64,000 nucleotides of DNA from a virus: positions 64,001-128,000 of the IMG/VR virus record IMGVR_UViG_3300045988_171958; one strand, written 5' to 3'. The notes under the pieces are model-generated. The model did no database searches. It worked only from the letters and a program-made list of their open reading frames with translations, and was not told the origin of the DNA. A program made the position numbers and the translations under genes. Below, one piece after another: positions 36,254-45,549 of the stretch (positions within the stretch are counted from its first letter, which is position 1; each line of letters starts with the position of its first letter).

Positions 36254-36538
36254 ATGGTTAAAGAAAGTTTACAGCAAAAGTTGAATCGTCTTCTTAAGAC
36301 AGAAGATGTTGTCAATTTCACTTTTAAGAAGAAGAATGGTGAGCTTAGACATGCTCGTGGTACAAAAAAGATGGATAAAATCGAATCTATTGATGAAGGT
36401 GCCATTCCATCAGGTAAAGGTTCTCCAAAGACTGGTGTGATTGCCTACTTTGATTTAGATAAGTCAGCTTGGCGTTCATTCCAAGAGGAATCATTGGTTT
36501 CTGTTGAAACTCAGGAATCTGATGATATGTTCATTTAA
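36254..36538 (+). CDS. small SH3-like beta-barrel protein (DUF2693-like, recalled from memory)
   Basis: VNFTFKKKNGELRHARGT...GVIAYFDLDKSAWRSF. Confidence 0.5.
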   Translation: MVKESLQQKLNRLLKTEDVVNFTFKKKNGELRHARGTKKMDKIESIDEGAIPSGKGSPKTGVIAYFDLDKSAWRSFQEESLVSVETQESDDMFI

Positions 36539-36550
36539 AATTCATTTATT

Positions 36551-36820
36551 ATGTACAGAGATAGTTTAAAAAATCATTTGAATGTAGGTGATGTTGTAGT
36601 TTATGGTGACCAAGAAACAAATACTCATCTTGGATATATCATGAAGCTTTGTCCTACTAAAGTAAAGATTCGTTCATTGATTCGTCAATTATATAGTGGG
36701 ACAGATAATGATAATGGTCCTGTTCAAGTTTATGAATCTGGTACTTGTCTTAGATATGCAAAACAATTGACTAAAGTAACTATTCCACATCTTGAGATTG
36801 TATCTAGAGAAGGAGATTAA
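36551..36820 (+). CDS. hypothetical small protein, 89 aa (same paralogue family as 9859.. and 11269..)
   Basis: LNVGDVVVYGD...LGYIMKL. Confidence 0.55.
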   Translation: MYRDSLKNHLNVGDVVVYGDQETNTHLGYIMKLCPTKVKIRSLIRQLYSGTDNDNGPVQVYESGTCLRYAKQLTKVTIPHLEIVSREGD

Positions 36821-36840
36821 AATTTTAAATTAAATAGATT

Positions 36841-37836
36841 ATGGGAAAGCAAAAGAGATCGGAAAATACATATCAGAAGATTAATACAATCTTCAAGCGT
36901 GATATAAACAATATTATCATGCCTTATGATAGTTTTACTCTTCCTGAGTTTGAATGGTTGAGAAATTGCAAGTTTGATGCTACTATCAAGATTGATGGTA
37001 CAAACATGCGTATTGAAGTTTATCCACAGATTACAGATAAGCTTTGTAATGGTACTGTATCATTGTCATGTGGAATTGCTATTAAGGGTAAGACAGATAA
37101 TGCTAATATTCCACCTATGCTTGATGACTTCATGTGGAAGACTTATGTTTCATCTGATGGTAAGAAGTTAGAAGGTAATGGTGATCTTGTAAGTAAGATT
37201 TTTAAAGCGTTTAGACTTCCAGAATCTTACATGTGTACAAGAGACTTTGAAACTGGATTGAATATTCAAGAGAATGTCGATTGGATGCTTGAACGTGGAT
37301 ATATTAAGAAGTGTGGTTGTCATACTCTCAATCAGAAGCCATTTGATGATCCAGATGCTGTTGTAGTTGATGACTACATGGTTGATGAAGAGAATTGTAC
37401 ATTACCTAAGATGTTTACTATCTATGGTGAAGGTTATGGTAAGAAGATTGGTAAGTCTGGTTGTCGATACCTTAAGGATAGTGTAAGCTTCAGAGCTTTT
37501 GATGTTAAGGTAACTAACCGTGATGGTTCTTCAGTTTATTTGAATATTCCACAGCGAGATGCTATTCTTGATGAGATTGGTATACCTAAGGTAATTAGTC
37601 TTGGTCAGTTTACCATTGATGAAGCTATTGATTATGTTAAGAAGGGTTTCAAGGATCCATTAGCAGAAGATGATAGCTATGTAGCAGAAGGTCTTGTATT
37701 GAAGACACCAGATGGATTGCTTCGTAAGAATGGTGATCGTATCATATTCAAGATCAAGCATGGTGACTTTGAAAAGTACTTGAACAAGTATGGAACATTA
37801 GATAAAGTTGAACAAATTCCTAATCCAAATTATTAA
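36841..37836 (+). CDS. ATP-dependent RNA (or DNA) ligase-like nucleotidyltransferase
   Basis: Motif I KIDGTNMRI (adenylylated Lys), FTIYGEGYG, motif IV-like VAEGLVLK and motif V-like IIFKIKH. Confidence 0.7.
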   Translation: MGKQKRSENTYQKINTIFKRDINNIIMPYDSFTLPEFEWLRNCKFDATIKIDGTNMRIEVYPQITDKLCNGTVSLSCGIAIKGKTDNANIPPMLDDFMWKTYVSSDGKKLEGNGDLVSKIFKAFRLPESYMCTRDFETGLNIQENVDWMLERGYIKKCGCHTLNQKPFDDPDAVVVDDYMVDEENCTLPKMFTIYGEGYGKKIGKSGCRYLKDSVSFRAFDVKVTNRDGSSVYLNIPQRDAILDEIGIPKVISLGQFTIDEAIDYVKKGFKDPLAEDDSYVAEGLVLKTPDGLLRKNGDRIIFKIKHGDFEKYLNKYGTLDKVEQIPNPNY

Positions 37837-37845
37837 AGAGTTTAT

Positions 37846-38181
37846 ATGTTGAAAATTGTTAAGTTGAATCCAAACAAATTAAATTACATGAATCCAGATG
37901 GTTCTATGGTCTCAGTACCAAGACCATCTGCTATTCCATTCAATGTAATCAATATGAATAAGATTAAAGCAACAGGTTATGCCAATGGTATTACGATGGT
38001 GATATTCATGGATGAAAAGTTCAAGCCTGCTGATGAGATTCATTTCTTCAGAATGGTACCTAATGATATAGTAGAAGGTCTTATCAATGGTGTAGCAACC
38101 AAAGTAGATGAATTTCTTAAAAATGCATTAGATGGTGTTTATCCAGATTATGTTGAAGAGAATCGAAATTATTTTATGTAA
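37846..38181 (+). CDS. hypothetical protein, 111 aa
   Basis: ORF. Confidence 0.55.
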   Translation: MLKIVKLNPNKLNYMNPDGSMVSVPRPSAIPFNVINMNKIKATGYANGITMVIFMDEKFKPADEIHFFRMVPNDIVEGLINGVATKVDEFLKNALDGVYPDYVEENRNYFM

Positions 38182-38197
38182 TTAAAAAAATGTTAAA

Positions 38198-38554
38198 ATG
38201 GCACTAAAATTTTATGTTAGCTTACCTATGGCTTATCATCAGAAAACAGTAAGAAAGAGATATGATAAAGCTGTAGAAGAAATCAGAAAAGAATATCCAG
38301 ATGCATTAATTTATGGTCCTACCAATATCAACGATTTTGATGAAAATGGTCTAGACCCTAATGCTCCTACACATCCTTGGTCTTGGCACTTAGGTGAAGA
38401 TATTAAAGATTTGCTTGAATGTGATTATATCTATTTGTGTAAAGGATATAATGATTCTAAAGGTTGCCAAGTAGAACATAATGTTGCTAAAGCAATGAGA
38501 ATGGTTATTTGGTATGCTTCAGATGCAGATCAGAAACTTGATCCAGAAGAATAA
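38198..38554 (+). CDS. DUF4406 / nucleoside 2-deoxyribosyltransferase-like protein
   Basis: FYVSLPMAY..., ...CDYIYLCKGYNDSKGCQVEHNVA. The pattern is recalled from that family. Confidence 0.55.
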   Translation: MALKFYVSLPMAYHQKTVRKRYDKAVEEIRKEYPDALIYGPTNINDFDENGLDPNAPTHPWSWHLGEDIKDLLECDYIYLCKGYNDSKGCQVEHNVAKAMRMVIWYASDADQKLDPEE

Positions 38555-38557
38555 AAT

Positions 38558-38587
38558 AAAAGGATGGCTTAATAGCCATCCTTGTTT
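38558..38587. terminator. bidirectional terminator between convergent blocks
   Basis: Hairpin AGGATGGCT-TAAT-AGCCATCCT flanked by A-rich and T-rich runs. Confidence 0.7.
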
Positions 38588-38712
38588 GGTATATATGAAA
38601 TAGATGAACCACATTCATTACATTTTACTATATAAGGGATATGTGCTCTTTTATTGATAGAATATTCTGTCAAATCTATTTCATTACCGCAATTGTTACA
38701 TTTAATCTTCAT
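38569..38712 (-). CDS. 47-aa zinc-ribbon micro-protein (not in the track)
   Basis: Hand translation gives MKIKCNNCGNEIDLTEYSINKRAHIPYIVKCNECGSSISYIPNKDGY, with two CxxC pairs. The ATG overlaps the stop of the ndk-like gene in another frame. Confidence 0.45.
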   Translation of the reverse strand: MKIKCNNCGNEIDLTEYSINKRAHIPYIVKCNECGSSISYIPNKDGY

Positions 38713-39142
38713 CTTTGTCTAGTTCATTATCTATTTTGAAACAGATTTCTGCTTCTCTTTCAACATTTTCTTCAGAATCAGAACTATGCATACAGTTCTT
38801 CATATCATCTTTACCATATTTGTCTCTTACTTCATCTTTTACTTTCTTCAAGTCTTTTATAGGATCTTTACAATCTTTGTAAAGTTTGTAAGCAATACAG
38901 TTACCTGAACTCATATAATGGCAAAGATCATCATAAAAATCTTCCTTTTCATGCACTTTATAAAGGTCCCTTGCTTCATCCAAGTTCATCTTTATAGTCT
39001 TATAGTTAGTGATGTCCCAACCAGCATTTTCTAACATATCTTCAAAATCATCTTGAACATCTAAGAATTCTGGTTTGAGAATTGCGAAGCCATTGAATTT
39101 CTTCTGCATGGCTTCACAAATATAGTTGGTTAAGCTTTTCAT
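38702..39142 (-). CDS. ndk: nucleoside diphosphate kinase-like protein with an N-terminal MKSLTNYICE leader
   Basis: Collinear with NDK: FAILKPE (FIAIKPD), YMSSGNCIAYKL (YMxSGPVVAMV), NCMHSSDSEENVEREAEICF (NxxHGSDSxxSAxREIxxWF). Confidence 0.7.
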   Translation of the reverse strand: MKSLTNYICEAMQKKFNGFAILKPEFLDVQDDFEDMLENAGWDITNYKTIKMNLDEARDLYKVHEKEDFYDDLCHYMSSGNCIAYKLYKDCKDPIKDLKKVKDEVRDKYGKDDMKNCMHSSDSEENVEREAEICFKIDNELDKDED

Positions 39143-39146
39143 TTAC

Positions 39147-39662
39147 TTAGAATTCTTTAAGATACTTTTTAAGATTTTTAATATCTTCCTTTCTGAATTT
39201 TTCATTTGGTACAAGATCGAATCCCCAAGAACATGTACCTTTATCTAATATTTCTTTAATGTCTTTACCGTCCTTTTCACTGTCAATAAGATCTTTATTG
39301 TAAAGAACATAATATTTTACAGATTTGCCACGATACTTACTGTTTGTCTTTATAATAGCAATACCTGTCTTATCAAACTTCATACCATTGTAAAATTCTG
39401 TCTCACTATCAGTATTACCCTTGACTTTAATGCTACTCTTAAGGACTTTAGCAATTTCTACCATGCCACGGATTTGAATACGATATCCATCAGTATCATA
39501 AGCAATACATAATGCCTTTTCACCTGGGTTGAAATTAAAGTCTTCTGATTGGCGTAATCCATCCTTATGTAAGAACATTCCATTTTTATTAGAACCATTA
39601 GTTTGGAATTGTTCTGTTATGTTATTTATGCTTTCATAAATGTAATTAGTTAAACTTTTCAT
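39147..39662 (-). CDS. hypothetical protein, 171 aa, with an N-terminal MKSLTNYIYE leader
   Basis: ORF. Its N-terminal decapeptide is near-identical to that of the neighbouring ndk-like gene, while the rest is unrelated. Confidence 0.65.
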   Translation of the reverse strand: MKSLTNYIYESINNITEQFQTNGSNKNGMFLHKDGLRQSEDFNFNPGEKALCIAYDTDGYRIQIRGMVEIAKVLKSSIKVKGNTDSETEFYNGMKFDKTGIAIIKTNSKYRGKSVKYYVLYNKDLIDSEKDGKDIKEILDKGTCSWGFDLVPNEKFRKEDIKNLKKYLKEF

Positions 39663-42600
39663 TTTTGTATAAGTATTCTTGTATGTTTTTTCTGTTGGTG
39701 GTCAACATTTCCTTCTATGCTGTATCTCACATCTATATTATAATAACCAGAAACATTTTTAGAAGCTTCATCATATAAGCTAAGTATCATAGCATTAGAA
39801 TTAGAAGTTATAGATGGCTTGTTCTTATTTAACAATGATAAATTCTTTACTGACCATTTGGTTGTCTTATCTAATATGAATGGGAATTTCACATTATCAA
39901 TAGTAGCAAATATCAAATCATCTTCTTTAAAATGATTGACTGGATATTTTTCTTCCAATACCATTCTATTTATTAAGAAAGTATCAGATGACCTATATTT
40001 TTTCATTACAATCTTTGTTTCATCATCCGGACAATATTCTATCTTGTCATGAGGATCAAGATCCATGTCACCAATAAGCTTGTCTTCTGTATCTTGTGAT
40101 ATGAGAACAGCAAACCAGTTAGTGTCATCATGCATAAGATAGAAGTCATAGTTGAATGTATTGTCATCTCCTATAGTGAACTTTTCTGTACCATCATTAT
40201 TAAAGAACATTCTATAAAGTTCTGCTAGTTCAGAAGGTTGTTCCCAATGATTTGGAGAATACCACTTAGTATCATATATCTTACTATTGTACTTTAGTTT
40301 TGATATTTTACTTATGTTCAAACCAAGTCTCTTTCTTTTTTCTAAATCATTCATCTTATACAGATACAAATCATAGATATGTATTCTGTTCAGATATTTC
40401 TTGTTGTTAGAAGTAGATACGGTCTGTTGCATGCTACTGATAAGTGAATCTATAGACTTCTTTACATTTTCTGAAGTAATTTCTTGCTTCATGTTCATAT
40501 CCACTTCATCATTCTTAGGAGTAGAATCATAATCTGTCTTTACATTATCTCCTCTGAATTTACATTCTGATTTCCAAGGACAGTTGCATTCCATATTGCA
40601 TACTGAATCTGAACTGTTATTCCAGATAGGGATAGCAATATCTTGATATATTCTAGGTATACCAGACAAGGTATATCCACCAAATTCATACGTTCTTCCA
40701 TTTGGTAACTTTATTTCACCTGTGGTAGCCAATCTTATTGTTACTGTTGACTTGTGTCTCAGATGTTCATCTATATAGAAAAGCTTCCATTTGTCAGAAG
40801 TAGCATCCCAATCAATATTTCCTTGCTTATTGTAAGCTGGATCACCTAACCCTATATCTTTCTTCATCATTATCAAATCATTGTTTGATATTGTATATTC
40901 ATGAAGATTTACACATTCATTAGGTTTTGTCGTACTCAGATCTTTTAAGTCTAATCTTATCTTAGCATAGTATTCATTGTTAGAGTCTACATCAAACAAT
41001 ACATCTACATAGAATTTGCTTAAAGAATATCCTTGATTGTCAGGTATATTAAGTCCATTATTGAACATGAATATTGGGATAACAGAATTTCCTTTCTTAT
41101 ATATTAATTTACTGTTCTTTACTCCTAAATTGTATATATAGCATTTAGAAGCAATATAGTTGCAGAAATTGTTCATTGTATTAGTAGAAGCATTATTAGA
41201 ATCACTATCTGAAATATCAGAAGAAGCATTGTCTATCATATACTTCAACTTGTCAAAGAATCTTATGTCATTCACTTCTGCTAATCCTGGAAGATACATA
41301 TAAGAATTGAAGTTTACTGAATCATCTTCTATAGACTTTATTTGAGAAAACAATGATTTGTCTGTTGTATACAAATTTATGTTTGCTTTCTCTGATTCTG
41401 TCATTCCATCAAACTCTGGATCATTAGGATCTCTATATCCTTCTTCTCCTGGTTTAAGTTCTTTTACTTCTGTATAATTGAAATATTTGTATTCTAAAGT
41501 ACCTACTTTCAATTGGAACTCTGGTGCTTTCAATATGAAGTCATAATAATACCAGTTGCCATTGCAGTTTACTGACAATCTGTATTTCTTATCTATCCAG
41601 TAAGTCATATTGAATGACTTTACTAATGACTTTGGTATCATTATGAAGTTCTTATAAGCAACATCACCTTTTCTTTGAAAGAAATTGAATGATGAACTAT
41701 ATATCTTCTTACCACTCTTACTGAGCACTAAGGTAACATCAAAGAAATCTTCATCTTCATCAGACAAGAACCAAATAGGTATTTTAGCGCAGATATCATT
41801 AATATATATTGTAGGATTTTCTGTTGTCTTTCCTAATGTTTCAGAATTTGAAAACTCATTATAGCATTCATCAAAGTAAGATTCTTGGTTGTATATGTAT
41901 ATTATATCAGATCCTTGAAATCTTACTGAAGTATGTGTACTTCCAATCCAAGTAGGAGTTTCTGTTACATGAATGCTAGGGCTTACTATATATTTGATGT
42001 CATTCATCCAGCAATGTTGCTTCATACTAGATGATATAGTTGTCATTATAGGTAAGAAGTACTTCTTCCAGTAATATTCTACCATAGACATCTTTATGTA
42101 CATGTCTTCTAATCTCCAGTTATAGTAAGGTCTCCAGAATTTTATGTCTTGTTCATCAAACTTATCATAAACCATCTTGTCAAACAAGTTTTCTGAAATA
42201 GGCTTACCTTCTCCTATAAGCTCTTCTGTCCAATACTGTTTGTCTAAAACTTCTGTGTATCTGTCTATATCCATCCATATAGAATAAGCAGAAGCTTTTC
42301 TGAAATGTTGCCAAGACCAAAGATTATCAGACAAAGTATCAAAATTGTCTTGTATATATTGCTCTAAGAATTGGTTGTCGGTTTGATTGAGTCCTCTTAT
42401 AGTGATATGATTTCCATAGCCAAACCAATCAAGAGAATCTTTAGCTGATTCATAGTTTCCACATTCCCCTTTGATATGCATATAATTCAGAAGAAGTTCC
42501 TTCAACTTATGAGAATATTCTTCTTCATCTATATTGTCAGATTTTACATCAGTAAAGTATATTGACTTCATCAGATCTTTAGGAATATTTATTCCCATAT

Positions 42601-43141
42601 TCTTACCATTTATGATAAGCTCACTGTTTTCCATGTGGAATTCTGCTCCTATAGTATAAGGGCACCAGTTATTAGATATGTTGATGAGGATATTAGTTAA
42701 CCAAGTAGTTTCTTCTTGACTTAATGTAACAACATAAAATGTCGCTACTGATACTGTTGATTTTCTTCCTTCTACTTCTACATTATCTATTACTGTAAGG
42801 TCGTCTGTATAAAGTTCATTACAAAATTCACTTTCTTCTATGTTGAGAGGATCAAATATATTACTGTTGTTCTCTATACAATTCTGTATATATGCAGAGC
42901 TTAGCAACCAGAAATGTGTATCATCTTTACTGTCATTCTTGAGTTTTACAGTTATTTGGTCATTAGAATTCACTATGATTCTTACAGGCTTAATATAATA
43001 TCTGTCTATACTAAGCTTGTGAGAAGTTGTATCTGAAGTGAACCAGTCTACATAATTTCCTATTTCATATTCATATCCTATTGGTTCATTTTGCCAATCC
43101 TTCAATGAGTATATATGTCCTGTATGATCGATGAATTCCAT
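39659..43141 (-). CDS. large hypothetical structural protein, 1160 aa (baseplate/tail candidate)
   Basis: 3.5-kb ORF in the minus-strand block. No catalytic motif recognised. Confidence 0.8.
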   Translation of the reverse strand: MEFIDHTGHIYSLKDWQNEPIGYEYEIGNYVDWFTSDTTSHKLSIDRYYIKPVRIIVNSNDQITVKLKNDSKDDTHFWLLSSAYIQNCIENNSNIFDPLNIEESEFCNELYTDDLTVIDNVEVEGRKSTVSVATFYVVTLSQEETTWLTNILINISNNWCPYTIGAEFHMENSELIINGKNMGINIPKDLMKSIYFTDVKSDNIDEEEYSHKLKELLLNYMHIKGECGNYESAKDSLDWFGYGNHITIRGLNQTDNQFLEQYIQDNFDTLSDNLWSWQHFRKASAYSIWMDIDRYTEVLDKQYWTEELIGEGKPISENLFDKMVYDKFDEQDIKFWRPYYNWRLEDMYIKMSMVEYYWKKYFLPIMTTISSSMKQHCWMNDIKYIVSPSIHVTETPTWIGSTHTSVRFQGSDIIYIYNQESYFDECYNEFSNSETLGKTTENPTIYINDICAKIPIWFLSDEDEDFFDVTLVLSKSGKKIYSSSFNFFQRKGDVAYKNFIMIPKSLVKSFNMTYWIDKKYRLSVNCNGNWYYYDFILKAPEFQLKVGTLEYKYFNYTEVKELKPGEEGYRDPNDPEFDGMTESEKANINLYTTDKSLFSQIKSIEDDSVNFNSYMYLPGLAEVNDIRFFDKLKYMIDNASSDISDSDSNNASTNTMNNFCNYIASKCYIYNLGVKNSKLIYKKGNSVIPIFMFNNGLNIPDNQGYSLSKFYVDVLFDVDSNNEYYAKIRLDLKDLSTTKPNECVNLHEYTISNNDLIMMKKDIGLGDPAYNKQGNIDWDATSDKWKLFYIDEHLRHKSTVTIRLATTGEIKLPNGRTYEFGGYTLSGIPRIYQDIAIPIWNNSSDSVCNMECNCPWKSECKFRGDNVKTDYDSTPKNDEVDMNMKQEITSENVKKSIDSLISSMQQTVSTSNNKKYLNRIHIYDLYLYKMNDLEKRKRLGLNISKISKLKYNSKIYDTKWYSPNHWEQPSELAELYRMFFNNDGTEKFTIGDDNTFNYDFYLMHDDTNWFAVLISQDTEDKLIGDMDLDPHDKIEYCPDDETKIVMKKYRSSDTFLINRMVLEEKYPVNHFKEDDLIFATIDNVKFPFILDKTTKWSVKNLSLLNKNKPSITSNSNAMILSLYDEASKNVSGYYNIDVRYSIEGNVDHQQKKHTRILIQK

Positions 43142-43144
43142 TGT

Positions 43145-43381
43145 TTAATAAGATGATATGTGCTTGAATTTTCTGATTGCTTCAACATGCTTGAACATGG
43201 TGATGAGTTGAATATCTATAAGTTGTAAGAAAGCTACTAATGTTGGGTTTCCTCTGAACAGAATAGGTGGAAGAACTCTTATCAGAATTCCATCCCTAGC
43301 ATAGTCATATTTTTTCCTTCCAAGATTTGTTGATTTTTGATATCCTAGAAACTTATAATCTAAACTTTGCTTTATATCCAT
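43145..43381 (-). CDS. hypothetical protein, 78 aa
   Basis: ORF packed between two neighbours. Confidence 0.5.
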   Translation of the reverse strand: MDIKQSLDYKFLGYQKSTNLGRKKYDYARDGILIRVLPPILFRGNPTLVAFLQLIDIQLITMFKHVEAIRKFKHISSY

Positions 43382-43382
43382 T

Positions 43383-44255
43383 TTAAATAGTATTAGTATT
43401 TATGAAGTAGTCAGCAGAATGGTTCTTCTGAATCCATTCATCTATCTTCTGCATTTCTTCATTAGCCATGTCTCTCCATATACTGTAATTTAAAGTAACT
43501 CCACCTGGTAGTTTGAATTCAAATGTACCAAGAATAGTAGCCATAGAACGTAAGCCAAGACAAACACAATATCTGAAGAAATAGTAGTTCTTGTACAAGT
43601 CTTGTATCTTAAGTCTCTTATATACATTGAGCATCAAATCAGAATGTCCAATAGCTCCTAGTACAACAAGGTCATTACTATAAGTATTGTAATTATATGT
43701 TACTGGAGTATTGAATATGTAGTCAAAAGTATCAAGTTCATATAATGCCGCTGTAACATCAGTCAATGTATATCCACCACCTGATCCATATACATCAGAT
43801 AGGCTACCACCAACTCCAGATGCTATAGCTGAATTGTTCAGTATCATTCTTTCCAAAGAAAAGTCACCCATAACACCATAAGACCAACTATCTGTTGCTT
43901 TGTACAATCCATTTACAGAAAGGATTTGTGGTGGCAACTTAGCAATCATGTTAGCGCCACATTTTGTAAACTCCTTGAATGGAAGACAATACCAACGTTC
44001 TTCTATAGCTCCATCGCAATTTTCCCAGAAATATTGTGCTGCTTGCAATATCAATGGTGGAATAGCTGATGGTTGCATTGGTAAATTTATTGCACATGTC
44101 TGGGTTAATTCTTGAATGATTCTTTGTATGAACTGATAATCTATTTGATCCTCTATTTTTTGTTTTCTCTTATTATATTCTTCTATAGAAATTTCTTTCT
44201 GTATTAAAGGATTATTGCCTGGATTTATGTTTTGTATGCAACTCATTGAATTCAA
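43383..44255 (-). CDS. hypothetical protein, 290 aa (structural candidate)
   Basis: ORF overlapping the upstream gene by 4 nt. Confidence 0.65.
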   Translation of the reverse strand: MNSMSCIQNINPGNNPLIQKEISIEEYNKRKQKIEDQIDYQFIQRIIQELTQTCAINLPMQPSAIPPLILQAAQYFWENCDGAIEERWYCLPFKEFTKCGANMIAKLPPQILSVNGLYKATDSWSYGVMGDFSLERMILNNSAIASGVGGSLSDVYGSGGGYTLTDVTAALYELDTFDYIFNTPVTYNYNTYSNDLVVLGAIGHSDLMLNVYKRLKIQDLYKNYYFFRYCVCLGLRSMATILGTFEFKLPGGVTLNYSIWRDMANEEMQKIDEWIQKNHSADYFINTNTI

Positions 44256-45244
44256 TCATTTAACTTATTTAAAAATTGAGTTAATAATTCATCTATAAAA
44301 TCTTTTCCTTCTTGTAATGACCAAACTTCTTTAAAATTTAAATTATTTCTTTTAGCTGTTTCTCTTTTATTTACATCATATATAGTCCATGTCTTTATTG
44401 CATTTAAATAATATTTATGGCCATTTTTATATTTTGATTTCCATGATTCTAATTGATTTTTATCATCTACATTATTTTTGTTGTAAGGATGTTTACCATG
44501 GGTCCAATTTCCATTTAATTCAATAAAATAATTCAATTCTGGAATATAAAAATCACATTGCCATGGATATTTCTCTTTATCTCTATATTGTCTTTTTACT
44601 GTTGGAAATTTAGATTTTATATACAAGAAAAGATCTTCTTCCGGTTTAGAAGAATTAAATGAATTATGTTCTTTTAAATTTAAATTTCTATTATATTGAA
44701 CCTTTTCAGAAGACATTATATCTGACATTTTTGTTTTCCAAATAGGAGATTTGGATATCCAATCAACATTATATTTTTCAATACATGTCTTTTTATATTT
44801 CGCTTTTATAACTTCTGATTTGAATGGGTGATCTACTCCATATTTTCTTAAAGAAGTTTCTATGGCAATTTTTCTTTTTTCTTTATCTTTTAATGGTGTT
44901 TCATATCCATATCTATTTAAACAAGTTTGCTTATATTTTTCTAATTTTTCTTTTGCATTATATGAACATTCATGGCAACAATATATAGTAAATGGTTTTT
45001 TAAATTTATTTGTAAAGACTACTTTATTTCCACAAGTTGGACATATTGGTCTTATTTCTATTTTAAGTCTCATTCTTAAAATTGTTTCTTGCCTAGATAA
45101 AGAATCATTATATCTATTATCCAAATAATCAGATATATTAGGATATTTACTTAATTTTCTAATTTTCCAATAATCATTTTTTCCATCTTTATTAGAAATA
45201 ACTTTCAATATTATATTATCGTGATTTGTTTTAATATTTTCCAT
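44252..45244 (-). CDS. free-standing endonuclease-like protein (Zn finger + KYG-x-D/E-x-P repeats + Vsr/DUF559-type PD-(D/E)xK core), paralogue 1
   Basis: CPTCGNKV...CCHECS. Triple repeat RYGYETP/KYGVDHP/KYNVDWI. Core CDFYIPELNYFIELNGNWTHGKHPYN. Strongly AT-rich. Paralogous to 49363..50319. Confidence 0.65.
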   Translation of the reverse strand: MENIKTNHDNIILKVISNKDGKNDYWKIRKLSKYPNISDYLDNRYNDSLSRQETILRMRLKIEIRPICPTCGNKVVFTNKFKKPFTIYCCHECSYNAKEKLEKYKQTCLNRYGYETPLKDKEKRKIAIETSLRKYGVDHPFKSEVIKAKYKKTCIEKYNVDWISKSPIWKTKMSDIMSSEKVQYNRNLNLKEHNSFNSSKPEEDLFLYIKSKFPTVKRQYRDKEKYPWQCDFYIPELNYFIELNGNWTHGKHPYNKNNVDDKNQLESWKSKYKNGHKYYLNAIKTWTIYDVNKRETAKRNNLNFKEVWSLQEGKDFIDELLTQFLNKLND

Positions 45245-45300
45245 ATTTATTAAAATAGAAATAATTAATTTATATTGTATGTTAAATAAGATTAATGTTA

Positions 45301-45385
45301 AATTTCACTTCAGGGACGTTTAAAATATAACAGGTTATAAATTATACTTACATCCAATATTCCGCCAATCTCGTGACCCAGGCGC
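45301..45385 (-). repeat. GC-rich structured element, copy C (inverted, stem degenerate)
   Basis: The reverse complement reads GCGCCTGGGTCACGAGATTGGCGGAATATTG...AGTATAATTTATAACCTG...AACGTCCCTGAAGTGAAATTT, which is collinear with copies A and D. Confidence 0.6.
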
Positions 45386-45456
45386 TTTCCTAGGGAATCC
45401 TGTTTTTATTTATATATTCTGATTGTTTTAACGAGTGTATCCTACACCAAAATCAT

Positions 45457-45487
45457 TTTGAAATAAGTTTATCTAATTTACTATTTT
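45457..45487 (+). promoter_or_regulatory. promoter variant (TTTGAAATAA-N-TTACTATTTT)
   Basis: TTTG at 45457-45460, a 21-nt spacer, then TATTTTG. Upstream of the primase-helicase gene. Confidence 0.45.
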
Positions 45488-45549
45488 GATACAAGATAAG
45501 TAAAGTAATATAATGATTTTAAGATTTAGAATAATTGAAAGAATATTAG

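Noticed and set aside
36144-36284. A 46-aa ORF (MNKKDKVECDDMYKPWHVLNRRFQWLSSYYKSLNKEKWLKKVYSKS) in the gap before 36254..36538.
   Set aside because: It overlaps the start of the DUF2693-like gene by 31 nt and has no distinctive motif. I cannot tell a real micro-ORF from chance here.
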